A stretch of 64,000 nt of DNA from a virus. Lineage: Duplodnaviria; Caudoviricetes. Shown here piece by piece: positions 18,000 to 27,866 of this stretch (its first letter is position 1; the number at the start of each line of letters is the position of its first letter). Under the pieces are notes generated by a model that was not told the origin of the DNA, did no database searches, and saw nothing but the letters and a program-made list of their open reading frames with translations. The stretch covers positions 32,001-96,000 of the IMG/VR virus record IMGVR_UViG_2711768162_000009, one strand, 5' to 3'. Both the position numbers and the translations under genes were made by a program.

Positions 18000-18638
18000 A
18001 TGACAGACGAAACGAAGAAGGAAACAGCGAAGAAGCGCATGACCCCTGCGCAATGGGCAGAAGCCCGTGCGATGTGGGCGTCAGGCGAGTTCACGCTGGA
18101 ACAGCTCGCCGACAAGTTCGGTGTGGCCCGCGAGACCCTTTCGAGGCGCTTCAAGAAGGACGGCGTGAAGAAGGGTCAGGCGGCCATCGACAAGAAGGTT
18201 GAGGCGGAGATTGTCGAGAAGGCCACCCTCGAGGCTGACAAGTGGCGTGAGCGCGCCGAGAAAGCGCGTGAGCAGTTCTTCCGAGCCACCGAAATGCTCA
18301 ATGGCATGAACATCAAGGTGCTTCGGGACGCCCATGCCAATGAGACGATCTTTGCCGCGCAGCCTGACCTGAAGGCGATCCAGATGTGCCTGAAGAATCT
18401 GGAGATGGCAAAGGGCATTCAGTGGTCGATTCTTGGCCTCGATCGCGAAGGCGTGGATGAAGAAGAGATCCCCGAGCTGATGATCCGAGAACTGACGCCG
18501 GATGAATTGCAGCGCATCCAAGCGGCCCAGTCGCAAGTCGGCCAGGAAGATGAGATCGAGATCGGCGATGCCGCCCCTTATCTGGAAGACGACGACCTGG
18601 AGCTTGAAGACGACCTCGTGGTTGAAGGGGACGACTGA
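18000..18638 (+). CDS. Terminase small subunit (HTH)
   Basis: N-terminal HTH (TLEQLADKFGVARETLSRRF), directly upstream of TerL. Confidence 0.8.
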   Translation: MTDETKKETAKKRMTPAQWAEARAMWASGEFTLEQLADKFGVARETLSRRFKKDGVKKGQAAIDKKVEAEIVEKATLEADKWRERAEKAREQFFRATEMLNGMNIKVLRDAHANETIFAAQPDLKAIQMCLKNLEMAKGIQWSILGLDREGVDEEEIPELMIRELTPDELQRIQAAQSQVGQEDEIEIGDAAPYLEDDDLELEDDLVVEGDD

Positions 18639-19882
18639 TGGCCGCGATCGTTGACGTCACCCTGCACAACAAGCAGATGGAAGTCTACGCCTCCAAGCAC
18701 CGCTTCAAGGTGGTGGTCGCCGGTCGTCGTTGGGGTAAGTCGATGCTGTCCAAGTCCATGATGATGCGGGCAGCCAAGAAGCCTCGTGCCAGGGTCTGGT
18801 ATATCGCACCGACCTTCCGCATGGCGAAGCAGATCATGTGGGACGAGGTGCTGGAGTCGGTGCCGAAGCGGTGGATCAAGAAGGTGAACCACTCGACGCT
18901 GACCATCGTGCTCAAGAACCGCACCGAGATCAGCCTGAAAGGCGCCGATCGCCCCGACACCCTTCGCGGTGTGGCCCTGGACTTCGTGGTATTGGACGAG
19001 TTTCAGGACATGAAGGCGGACGTATGGGTCAAGGTCATCCGCCCTACTCTGTCCTCTACCGGCGGCGGTGCGATGATCATCGGCACGCCGAAGGCATTCA
19101 ACTACCTCTACGAGCTGTGGAAGATCGGTCAGCGTCCCGACATGCAGCTTCAGGGGCAGTGGAAGTCCTGGCAGTTCAAAACCGCGACCTCGCCCTTCAT
19201 TCCAGCAGAAGAGATCGAGGCAGCTCGAGCGGACATGGATGCCAAGTCCTTCGAGCAGGAATACGAGGCCAGCTTCAACACAATGTCGGGCCGGGTCTAC
19301 TACCCGTTCGACCGCACCATCCACACCGGTCGCTACGAGTTCAATCCGGAACTGCCGATCTGGGTTGGTCAGGACTTCAACATCGACCCCATGTCGTCGG
19401 TGGTGATGCAGCCTCAGCCAAACGGCGAAATCTGGATCGTTGACGAAATCATCCTACCCTCGTCCAACACCAATGAGGTGTGCGATGCGCTGGAAAAGAA
19501 GTTCTGGCGATGGCAGCACAACGTCACGATCTACCCCGACCCTGCCGGCGGCCAGCGACAGCACGCACGCGGCGAGACCGACATCGACATTTTCCGGACA
19601 CGCGGCTTCAAGAAGGTGAAATACAAGCGAAAGCACCCGCCGGTCGCTGATCGCATCAACTCGGTGAACTCTCAGCTAATGTCTGCCAACGGTGACATTC
19701 GCCTCAAGGTCAACGAGACGTGCCGGGAGACCATCGCCGCCTTCGAGCAGACGCTTTACAAGCCCGGTGGTCGAGACGTCGATAAGGCCGCAGGCGTCGA
19801 GCACCCGGCAGATGCTCTGGGCTACTGCATCGAAATCGAACGGCCACTGCGCAAACGCCGCATCATGGGGGCATCCGTATGA
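18638..19882 (+). CDS. terL: Terminase large subunit
   Basis: AGRRWGKS, LRGVALDFVVLDE, IGTP, nuclease VGQDFN and HPADA. Confidence 0.96.
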   Translation: MAAIVDVTLHNKQMEVYASKHRFKVVVAGRRWGKSMLSKSMMMRAAKKPRARVWYIAPTFRMAKQIMWDEVLESVPKRWIKKVNHSTLTIVLKNRTEISLKGADRPDTLRGVALDFVVLDEFQDMKADVWVKVIRPTLSSTGGGAMIIGTPKAFNYLYELWKIGQRPDMQLQGQWKSWQFKTATSPFIPAEEIEAARADMDAKSFEQEYEASFNTMSGRVYYPFDRTIHTGRYEFNPELPIWVGQDFNIDPMSSVVMQPQPNGEIWIVDEIILPSSNTNEVCDALEKKFWRWQHNVTIYPDPAGGQRQHARGETDIDIFRTRGFKKVKYKRKHPPVADRINSVNSQLMSANGDIRLKVNETCRETIAAFEQTLYKPGGRDVDKAAGVEHPADALGYCIEIERPLRKRRIMGASV

Positions 19883-19948
19883 CCAAAAGAGTAAGTAAGT
19901 GTTTACTTATTACGATGCCTGTGCTTGAATATCCCACTAGGTCATTAG

Positions 19949-21472
19949 GTGAAAGGCATGGAACTTAAAGACGTCATCGAACGCAGGCATCCGGAATATA
20001 ACGGCCTGATTCGCCATTGGAATTTCCTGAGCGCTACCTACGCAGGTGGGCGTGACTGGTTTGACGCCAACATCTTCCGTTATCACAAGGAAGGCGATGG
20101 CGAGTTTTCCAAGCGTCGAGAGCGTGCCTATCGCTTCAATCACACCCGCGAGATCGTGAATCTGGTCAACAAATACGTCTTCCGAGGCCAAGTGAAGCGC
20201 CAGGAAGAGCCGCCCAAGGAACTCGCCGAGTTCTGGAAGCGTGCGACCCGCGACGGTCGCAGTATTGACCAGTTCATGCGTCAAGCGGATGTGAAGGCGT
20301 CCACCTTTGGCCGTGTGTGGATCGTTGTTGATTCCACGCTTGTCGCAGACGCGGCGATCTCGGTCGCTGACCAGAAGGCAAGCGGCGGTCAGGTCTACGC
20401 CTACATTGTTCCCCCGACTCACATGCTCGATATGGGCTATGGAGAGGACGGCGAACTGCTGTGGGCTCTCATCTATGAGCCTGTCCGAGACGACGATGAC
20501 CCCTTCGCCTCATCTGGCAAAACCATCAAGCGTTGGCGTATCTGGACCAAAGAGAAATGGTTCCTGATCGAAGAGCAGCCGAAAGGCAATCAACTGCACT
20601 ACGAGATCGTCAAGCAAGGTGACAATGCCATCGGCGTGGTGCCTATCGTCCCGCTAGATGCTCTGGGAAACCACGAGTCGCAGTATTCGTCCCCCGCCCT
20701 CATCAACGACATTGCTTATCTGGATCGTGCGGTAGCCAACTACCTCTCGAACCTCGACGCCATCATCCAAGATCAAACGTTTTCGCAGCTTGCGATTCCG
20801 GCGCAGAACATCGCACCTGGAGATGACGACTATAAGCAGATGGTCGAGATGGGCACTCGGCGAGTATTTGTCTATGACGGCGAAGGCGGTGCCGGCCCGC
20901 ACTTCCTGTCACCTGACGTCAAGCAGGCCAGCCTCATCATTGATGTGGTAGCCAAGATCATCAACGAAATCTACCACTCCGTCGGCGTAGCTGGTGAGCG
21001 CACCAAGGCTGACAACAGCCAGGGGATCGACAACAGCTCGGGCGTGGCGAAAGCCTACGACTTCGAGCGGGTCAATTCCCTGCTGAGTGCAAAGTCTGCC
21101 GCTCTTCAGAAGGCCGAAAACGAGGTCGCCCGACTAGTCATGCTTTTCTCTGGCTCGGAAGAGGCAGTAAGCGATGACTTATCTGTCGTCCACTATCCGA
21201 AAGACTACGACGTTCGTGGCCTGACGGATGAGTTCGCCATCAGCGAACAGCTTTCTCTGATCGAGGCACCTGACTCGGTTCGCCGTGAGCAGATGCGCGC
21301 CCTGATCGACAAGCTCTTCCCTCACATGAAGGAGGACTTGCGTAGGGAGATCGAGAAGGAACTGAAAGACTTCCCTGCCCAGCCGGAACCCACCCTGCCC
21401 CCGCTCTCTGGCGGACAAGGCCGGGCGGAAGCCGACGAAGAAGGGAATCCCGCTCAGTGGGTTGCCGAGTGA
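19949..21472 (+). CDS. Portal protein
   Basis: 507 aa after TerL; SSGVAKAYDF portal-like motif. Confidence 0.88.
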   Translation: MKGMELKDVIERRHPEYNGLIRHWNFLSATYAGGRDWFDANIFRYHKEGDGEFSKRRERAYRFNHTREIVNLVNKYVFRGQVKRQEEPPKELAEFWKRATRDGRSIDQFMRQADVKASTFGRVWIVVDSTLVADAAISVADQKASGGQVYAYIVPPTHMLDMGYGEDGELLWALIYEPVRDDDDPFASSGKTIKRWRIWTKEKWFLIEEQPKGNQLHYEIVKQGDNAIGVVPIVPLDALGNHESQYSSPALINDIAYLDRAVANYLSNLDAIIQDQTFSQLAIPAQNIAPGDDDYKQMVEMGTRRVFVYDGEGGAGPHFLSPDVKQASLIIDVVAKIINEIYHSVGVAGERTKADNSQGIDNSSGVAKAYDFERVNSLLSAKSAALQKAENEVARLVMLFSGSEEAVSDDLSVVHYPKDYDVRGLTDEFAISEQLSLIEAPDSVRREQMRALIDKLFPHMKEDLRREIEKELKDFPAQPEPTLPPLSGGQGRAEADEEGNPAQWVAE

Positions 21473-21522
21473 CCGGCCCCGCTAAACCGATAGGCCGAGT
21501 GACCGGCCAACAGGAGTAAGAA

Positions 21523-22404
21523 ATGCCTTGGTTCGCAAAATACAACGCTGATCGTCGTCTGTTCGACGCTGTGAAAGGTGAAGGTGAAGCTGCCGGCTCC
21601 GCTGGTTCCCAGGACGCCGCCGACGGCGCCAAGGGTGAAGGTGGTGTCGCGGAAAATGGCGATGCGGCAGACGCCAAAGCCGAAAACAACAAGGGTGAAG
21701 GTGACAAGGGTCAGGAAGGCGCCAAGCCGACCGACCAGGAAGCCAAGCTGCTGAAGGAAGTGATGGCGAAGAAGACTCAGCTCAAGGAGCTGGAAGGTCG
21801 TCTCAATGCCTTTGGTGACGTCACCCCGGAGCGTGTTCAGGAGCTGATTGAAGCGGAATCCGCTCGTCAGGCTGAGCAGGCTGAGCGCGAAAAGCAAGAC
21901 CTCGAGAAGCGCGGCGAGTTTGATCGCCTTCGCGAAATGATGGTGTCAGAGCACGAGAAAGTTCTGAGCACCAAAGACCAAGAGCTTCAGGAGCTTCGCG
22001 AAGCCAATGCTCAACTGCTCGGTCGTCTTGACGACATGACGGTTGGCTCCAGCTTTAGCAACTCCCCCTTCATCTCTGAAGAACTGCTGCTGACCCCGAG
22101 CAAGGCTCGCGTCGTCTACGGCAATCACTTCGAGGTGAAAGATGGTCAGGTCGTCGGATACGACAAGCCGGCCGGTGCAAAAGATCGCACCGTTCTCGTG
22201 GATGGACGCGGTGAGCCCCTGGGCTTCGAAGATGCCATTCGCAAGCTGGTGGAAGCCGACCCTGAGCGCGATTCCCTGATTCGTGCAAAGGCCAAGCCCG
22301 GAGCCGGATCAAACAAACCCGAGGGTGGAAGTCCGCAAACGTCGATCCCGTCAGGTGTCGGTCGCATTGCGGCAGGACTGTCCTCGCTTTCTGCGAAAAA
22401 GTAA
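21523..22404 (+). CDS. Capsid scaffolding protein
   Basis: Low-complexity N-terminus, coiled coil, GAGS near C-terminus; immediately precedes the capsid gene. Confidence 0.8.
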   Translation: MPWFAKYNADRRLFDAVKGEGEAAGSAGSQDAADGAKGEGGVAENGDAADAKAENNKGEGDKGQEGAKPTDQEAKLLKEVMAKKTQLKELEGRLNAFGDVTPERVQELIEAESARQAEQAEREKQDLEKRGEFDRLREMMVSEHEKVLSTKDQELQELREANAQLLGRLDDMTVGSSFSNSPFISEELLLTPSKARVVYGNHFEVKDGQVVGYDKPAGAKDRTVLVDGRGEPLGFEDAIRKLVEADPERDSLIRAKAKPGAGSNKPEGGSPQTSIPSGVGRIAAGLSSLSAKK

Positions 22405-22420
22405 GTAAGAAGTTACTGAT

Positions 22421-23335
22421 ATGCCTTTGCTGGTTCAAGAAGCCGCCAAACTGTCTGAAGCTGATCTTCAGCGCGGCATCATCGAAGAAATCATCGACAA
22501 GGAAGACCTGCTGGCGGTTCTGCCCTTCGTCCGCACCGACGGCAAGTCCTACGACTACGTTCGTGAGAAGACCCTGAGCGAAGCCGAGTTCCTGTCCCCG
22601 TATGACCCGGTGCCGGAAGGCGCGGCCACCTTCGATGAAGTCAGCACCAAGCTGCGCATCCTCGCTGGTGACGTGGACATCGACAAGTTCACTGCCGAGA
22701 CTCAGAGCGACCTGAACGACCAGATCGCCATCCAGCTCCAGGGCAAGGCAAAGGGCATCACCCGCAAGTTCCGCCGCTCTCTGGCGCAGGGCGATTCCTC
22801 CGTCAACGCCAAGGAGTTCGACGGCATTGATCGCCTGGTCTACAACGACCAGGTTATCGTCGGTGGCGGCAACGCCATGTCCTTCACCATGCTCGACGAG
22901 CTGCTGGACGCCGTGCCCAACGGTGCCGACGCTATCTTCATGACCAGCGCCCACATCCGCGCCCTGCGTGCCATGCTGCGCGCTACCGGCGGTCTGGAGC
23001 CGGCACACATCATGATGGAGAACTTCGGTCGCCCGATGCTGACGCACAACGGCGTGCCGATCCTGGTCAACGACTTCCTGAACGTTGCTCAGGATGGTGA
23101 AGGCAAGCGCACCGCGCCGATCTTCGCCGCTCGTCTGAACGAGACCGATGGCCTGCACGGCATCTTCGGCGGCGCCTCTGCCGGTGTCCGCATGGAAGAA
23201 ATCGGCACCGTCCAGAACAAGGACGCCATCCGCTACCGCGTGAAGTGGTATGCCGGCCTGGCCCTGAAGTCCACCAAGTCCCTGGCTAAAGTGGCTGACG
23301 TGGCTATGGGTGAATCCGGCGGCCCGCTGGCATAA
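22421..23335 (+). CDS. Major capsid protein
   Basis: 304 aa with highly biased codons; GDVDIDKF, KEFDGI, YRVKWY; position after scaffold. Confidence 0.9.
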   Translation: MPLLVQEAAKLSEADLQRGIIEEIIDKEDLLAVLPFVRTDGKSYDYVREKTLSEAEFLSPYDPVPEGAATFDEVSTKLRILAGDVDIDKFTAETQSDLNDQIAIQLQGKAKGITRKFRRSLAQGDSSVNAKEFDGIDRLVYNDQVIVGGGNAMSFTMLDELLDAVPNGADAIFMTSAHIRALRAMLRATGGLEPAHIMMENFGRPMLTHNGVPILVNDFLNVAQDGEGKRTAPIFAARLNETDGLHGIFGGASAGVRMEEIGTVQNKDAIRYRVKWYAGLALKSTKSLAKVADVAMGESGGPLA

Positions 23336-23373
23336 TCTTACGGGCGCAGGAGTAAGTCACGACTTACTTATAG

Positions 23374-23404
23374 AGGGGTGGCAGGGATTCCTGCTGCCCC
23401 TTTT
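23374..23404 (+). terminator. Terminator after the capsid gene
   Basis: GGGGTGGCAGG-GATT-CCTGCTGCCCC plus TTTT. Confidence 0.75.
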
Positions 23405-23423
23405 GACGATCAGGAGAAAGAAG

Positions 23424-23852
23424 ATGAAGGTCAAAATCGCTGAACCGGCTCTCGCCAATTACACCGGCATTCTGTATCGCATCCAGTTCCTCAACGGCGA
23501 AAGTCTTCGTGAATTGACACCTGCTGAGGTCAGCATGATTGGCGCCGCCATGCGCGTCACTGATCTGGAAGGCAACCAGGTGGGTGCGGCAGTGAATCAC
23601 GGTCGGCGCAATGCCATGACGGTTTCTAAGGCGACCGAAGTCAATTCCAAGCAAGAGGCCGAGGCTTTGTCCGACGCTTCACCCGCCGGCAAGGCTGCCC
23701 CCGCCACCAAGACCTACACCGCTGATGAGCTAGCCGCCATCGCCGATGAGCAAGGTATTTCTGGGCTGCGCGAGATCGCGGACCCCCTTGGCATCAAGGG
23801 TCGCTCCATCAATGAGTTGATTCGCGAGATCACCGAGTATCAGGGGGCCTAA
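23424..23852 (+). CDS. Hypothetical head-module protein with C-terminal HeH/Rho-N-like segment
   Basis: AGGAG RBS; LREIADPLGIKGRSINELIREI. Confidence 0.7.
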   Translation: MKVKIAEPALANYTGILYRIQFLNGESLRELTPAEVSMIGAAMRVTDLEGNQVGAAVNHGRRNAMTVSKATEVNSKQEAEALSDASPAGKAAPATKTYTADELAAIADEQGISGLREIADPLGIKGRSINELIREITEYQGA

Positions 23853-23854
23853 GT

Positions 23855-24658
23855 ATGAATACCTATGACGCTGGCGAATCGTTCAGCCTCTCCATCGACA
23901 TTTCACAGGCCGGGGCTCCCAGTAGCGCCACCTACAGGGTTGTGGATCACGCTGGCGTCTTGGTGATCGAGAGCACTCCCCTTGAGGTCTACGGCGATGA
24001 CGAATCACTGACGGTTCACCTCGAAGAGAACGCAACTACGCTGGCGGAGGGTCAGCGTCGCAAGCTGCTGACCATTCACCTCGAAGTGACCGACGATGAG
24101 GGCGGCCGGTTCAAGTTCCGGGAAACCGTCATCATCCAGAGCCAGGCCGGGCTTATCGTGCCGGCCGAGTCGTTCCAGTCTGTGAGCGAGGCGCTTCTGG
24201 TCTCCATGGACGTCTTCGAGGTTCCCCACTGGGAGGCGGCAGGCGAAGAGGATCGCCGAAAGGCGCTGATTGAAGCTGCACACCGGATCAATCAGCTCAA
24301 ATTCTCTCGTCTGGAAGACCTCTATTGCGATGACATGGATCGCATCGACGTTCCCGCTGGGTGGTATCCGGACGGCTGCCGGCAGCTACCGATCTCCGAT
24401 CTTCCTGAAGCCGTCTGGGTCGCCCTTCCCTCGATGTTCATCGCGGATCTCAAGGTTGCCCAGGTGATCGAGGCGGACTCAGTGCTCTCGGGCGAGACCG
24501 CAGAGGAAAAGCGCTTGTCGGGCATCTTGTCGGATACCGTCGGGGAGACCTCGCAGATGTTTCGCACGGGCAAGCCAATGGAGCTGCCGGTGTCCAAGCG
24601 AACCATGAGGCGGCTGGCCCGGTGGGTAGACACGACCTGGAGGGTGGGCCGTGGATAA
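23855..24658 (+). CDS. Head-tail adaptor-like protein
   Basis: Position; RRKALIEAAHRINQL and DLKVAQVIEA motifs. Confidence 0.65.
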   Translation: MNTYDAGESFSLSIDISQAGAPSSATYRVVDHAGVLVIESTPLEVYGDDESLTVHLEENATTLAEGQRRKLLTIHLEVTDDEGGRFKFRETVIIQSQAGLIVPAESFQSVSEALLVSMDVFEVPHWEAAGEEDRRKALIEAAHRINQLKFSRLEDLYCDDMDRIDVPAGWYPDGCRQLPISDLPEAVWVALPSMFIADLKVAQVIEADSVLSGETAEEKRLSGILSDTVGETSQMFRTGKPMELPVSKRTMRRLARWVDTTWRVGRG

Positions 24659-25367
24659 TCGCTTCGCTTACCTCGACACATACGCCAAGAAAGCCGTGGA
24701 TGCGGAAAGAGCGTTCCACAGTTCACTGATAGGCTCCAAGGAAGGAGCCATTACATCAGCTCGACGCCGGCCCAACCCTTCAATGGCCCAAATGCTCAAC
24801 GACTCGAGCATGGGCTTTCATACCGCTCTCGATCAGCGCAGCGCCCTGCTCTACGCCGCTTGCAGCTCCGTGGTGGCCCTGTCTCTTACCGAAGCGACCC
24901 GAATCGTCGGCTCGCTTATGGACGACGAAACGACCGAGCTGTCTCGCTACGCGATGGGATTCACCCTGGATCGCCTGCGTCGCGATGCAGAGTCTCGCGT
25001 GACCCAGTTCCAGCTCGACATGAAGCGCATATCCATCCTGTCACGCTCGATGCGCTCGGAACATGCTTGGGATTCCTCCGCAGCGCTCCTACGCGCTCGC
25101 GAGAGCGTCGATAGCAAGTCATCCGTGTCCTTGGACTCCATTGGACGCAGACAGCGCACAGAGCGCTTTACGCGTCTTCTGGTGAGGGGCTTGGGTCTTT
25201 CGGTTCTGGTCGATTCGGTCGTCTCCGCTTCTGATCGGGAGCACTTTGAGGTTGTGACCTTCGAGGGTGAGGTGGTGGATGTGCTTCACGTCGACGACTA
25301 CCAGGATCGCCGAGATGACCTGTTTCACCCTCAAGCACGGCGCTTTTTGCGGCCTACAGGTAAGTAA
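24651..25367 (+). CDS. Hypothetical morphogenesis protein
   Basis: 238-aa ORF coupled within the head-tail operon. Confidence 0.6.
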   Translation: MDNRFAYLDTYAKKAVDAERAFHSSLIGSKEGAITSARRRPNPSMAQMLNDSSMGFHTALDQRSALLYAACSSVVALSLTEATRIVGSLMDDETTELSRYAMGFTLDRLRRDAESRVTQFQLDMKRISILSRSMRSEHAWDSSAALLRARESVDSKSSVSLDSIGRRQRTERFTRLLVRGLGLSVLVDSVVSASDREHFEVVTFEGEVVDVLHVDDYQDRRDDLFHPQARRFLRPTGK

Positions 25368-25401
25368 CTGCTTACTTTTATGACCAACGCAGGTAGAATG
25401 A

Positions 25402-25758
25402 ATGTTTAGACCAAACACCTATTGCTCGGTCAGCAAGCGAGATTCGTTCGACAGGTGGGGGCGCGAGAAATACGGCGACCCTAAGCGAGTGAAGTGCTCT
25501 GTCGTCCGGCTCAAAGCCAGCCGCGAGAAATCTTCGGTTCGAGCCGACAGCTCTGCCTCCAGGGGTCGAGCCAAAGAGATCGAATCAGACTCAGTGCTGC
25601 TGCTGCCTCCAACCTTCCAGATCGAAATCGGAGACAAGGTGGAAATCCTTGGGATGGCTTTGGAGGTCGAGAGTATCGAGCCGCGCCTGAGCATTTCAGG
25701 CCGACACGACCATAACGAAGTGGGTTTGTGCATATGGGTATCGAAGTTCGAGGGGTAG
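25402..25758 (+). CDS. Head closure/stopper-like protein
   Basis: 118-aa beta-rich protein; position. Confidence 0.6.
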   Translation: MFRPNTYCSVSKRDSFDRWGREKYGDPKRVKCSVVRLKASREKSSVRADSSASRGRAKEIESDSVLLLPPTFQIEIGDKVEILGMALEVESIEPRLSISGRHDHNEVGLCIWVSKFEG

Positions 25759-26222
25759 GCACCACCACGCTCCGCCTCAACAACATCGCCAATCGAACCT
25801 CTCGGCAGCTCTATCGGTTGATGGAGCAAGCTGCGCAAGAAACCAAGAAGCGCATCGAGATGCAGACTCACAAAGACACCGGAGCGCTTGAGTCGGCTAT
25901 TCGCGTCAGGCGCCTGTCTCGAGGCGGAATCAACGGACGCACCTCTTTCGAGGTCTTCATTGACCCTGAAAAGCGCAGAAGAGTTCGCACCAGGGGAGGC
26001 GGAATCCGGCGACAGCGGGTTGTCACGTATGCCCGCCGGCTCGAGACCGGCGAATGGGGTAAGACGCTTGGCCCCCGATCTCGTCGCAAAGATGAGCAGA
26101 TGCGTGGACAAGACCCCACGGTCAGGGTCGGAACGGGCTTCATGACCCGCAGTATTCGATTCGTAGAAGCAGTCTATCGCCGCAAAATCGAGCGTGCGAT
26201 AGAGCAATCCATCAGGAGGTAG
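25734..26222 (+). CDS. Tail completion (HK97 gp10-like) protein
   Basis: Arg-rich; DTGALESAI and YARRLE motifs. Confidence 0.65.
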   Translation: MGIEVRGVGTTTLRLNNIANRTSRQLYRLMEQAAQETKKRIEMQTHKDTGALESAIRVRRLSRGGINGRTSFEVFIDPEKRRRVRTRGGGIRRQRVVTYARRLETGEWGKTLGPRSRRKDEQMRGQDPTVRVGTGFMTRSIRFVEAVYRRKIERAIEQSIRR

Positions 26223-26225
26223 CGG

Positions 26226-26609
26226 GTGATTGAGCGTGCAATCATCGAAGCCCTGGAACGCAGCAGACTCGGCTTCGAGACCTATCCCATCTTCTACAAC
26301 ACCATCCCCGAGTCGGTGCCTGTCGCCGTGATGGTGGATACCCCGATTCCGGGCTTCGAGATTGACCCCGAACTGCCCGGCTACTTCAACGACATGATCG
26401 AAATCGTGATCCGACACAACGACCCCGAAGCCGGGATCAGCCTGTGTCGGAAAGTGATGAGAGTTCTCGAGGTGAGGAACCTCCGCATTGGAGGCTATCA
26501 CTTCAACCACATTCGACCCGTCAGCGAGCCCACCGCCTACCCGCTTTCTGCGGCCGGCAATGGAGAGTTCGCCGTCCGGTTCGAATTTAGCTGTTACCGC
26601 GTAGATTAA
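26226..26609 (+). CDS. Tail terminator-like protein
   Basis: 127 aa directly before the tail tube gene. Confidence 0.6.
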   Translation: MIERAIIEALERSRLGFETYPIFYNTIPESVPVAVMVDTPIPGFEIDPELPGYFNDMIEIVIRHNDPEAGISLCRKVMRVLEVRNLRIGGYHFNHIRPVSEPTAYPLSAAGNGEFAVRFEFSCYRVD

Positions 26610-26616
26610 GGAGACC

Positions 26617-27102
26617 ATGATGGCTCGCGAAAACATCAAGCTGGGTGCTTGCAACGGCACCTTCAAAGGCACCCAACTCGGCCTGACCAAAGGCGGTGTT
26701 GAGGTGAGTGTCGAGACCACCACCCACCCCGTCACTGTCGATCAGCACGGCGAGACGGTGATCGAAGAATTCATCACCAAGCGCAGCTTCAAGGTCACTG
26801 TGCCCCTGGCCGAAACTACCATCGAGCTGATGGGCCTTGCCCTGCCCGGCTCCGACGTTCAGGACGGTCAGCTCGTCATCAAGGATGGCGTCGGCACCTC
26901 CCTGCTGGATGGGGCCGGTGAACTGTCCCTGGCCCCCGTGTCTGGCGGCAACGACGAGCCGGTGCGCTTCCCGAAAGCCAACACTGCCGGCAACTTCTCG
27001 TTCGCCTACCGCCACAACGAAGAGCGCGTCTACAACATCGAGTTCACCATCTACCCCGATGACGAGGGTGTGCTTGGCTACTTCGGCACTGCTGCGCCTT
27101 AA
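26617..27102 (+). CDS. Major tail tube protein
   Basis: LGLTKGGVEV...VDQHG...VPLAE; biased codons; position. Confidence 0.8.
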   Translation: MMARENIKLGACNGTFKGTQLGLTKGGVEVSVETTTHPVTVDQHGETVIEEFITKRSFKVTVPLAETTIELMGLALPGSDVQDGQLVIKDGVGTSLLDGAGELSLAPVSGGNDEPVRFPKANTAGNFSFAYRHNEERVYNIEFTIYPDDEGVLGYFGTAAP

Positions 27103-27186
27103 TTGGCGCTGGTAAGTAAGTCACTACTTACTTATCATAGGGGGCTATCAAGCCCCCTTTTCACGTTTGCAACACGAGATCACACC

Positions 27187-27516
27187 ATGTCTGTCGAAAT
27201 GCTCAATCTGGACGACCTCAACCCCGTCATCAAGCAGTTCCAGTTCAAGGGTGTCACCTACGACATTTGCGAGATTCAGCTCGGTGAGTTTATCCGTATG
27301 ACCGCCGAACAGAAGTCGTTCGAGTCCCGCGTCAAGGATGGTTCGGCCACTGAAGAAGACCTGCTCGCCCACTACCGCGTGAACATCAAGCGCATGATTC
27401 CCGCTCTCACGGACGAAGTGTTGGACAGCATGACCTTCCGGCAAGTGCAGGTGCTGATGGACTTCATCAACGCCAGTGCCGTGAACGAGAAAAGCGTCGC
27501 TGAAGCAAAAAAGTAA
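27187..27516 (+). CDS. Tail assembly chaperone (gpG-like)
   Basis: Between tube and tape measure genes; ends in slippery A AAA AAG. Confidence 0.8.
   Translation: MSVEMLNLDDLNPVIKQFQFKGVTYDICEIQLGEFIRMTAEQKSFESRVKDGSATEEDLLAHYRVNIKRMIPALTDEVLDSMTFRQVQVLMDFINASAVNEKSVAEAKK
27507..27513 (+). other. Programmed -1 frameshift site (G/GT)
   Basis: A AAA AAG before TAA; the -1 frame is open into ORF 27549-27866. Confidence 0.8.
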
Positions 27517-27866
27517 CGCGGGCAGATCAGGACGAGAAGCCGAGCGTCGTGAGCATCGACCTCGGCTACTTCATATCCCGCGTCATGCGCTTCTACTCAA
27601 TGAACTACCGGGACGTCCTTGATCTGCCCCTGAAGGCGTTCTGGATGCTCGACCGAAATATCTCCCGCATCAAGGCCGAAGACGACCTGCGCCAAGTTCG
27701 TCTCAGCGCACTTGCCAGCTCCGGCAGCAAGGAAGCGCTCGAGAACTTCATGACCGAACTCAGCGATGAGATCGGCAAGCCGATCCAGCAGGACCAGTCA
27801 GCCATGGAGCCTGGCGCCATGGATCGTCTCAAGTCGCTTATGGGAGCACCGAATGGACAGAGATGA
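27513..27866 (+). CDS. Tail assembly chaperone frameshift extension (gpT-like)
   Basis: -1 frame reads VTRADQDEKPSVVSIDLGYF... Confidence 0.75.
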   Translation, partial: VTRADQDEKPSVVSIDLGYFISRVMRFYSMNYRDVLDLPLKAFWMLDRNISRIKAEDDLRQVRLSALASSGSKEALENFMTELSDEIGKPIQQDQSAMEPGAMDRLKSLMGAPNGQR

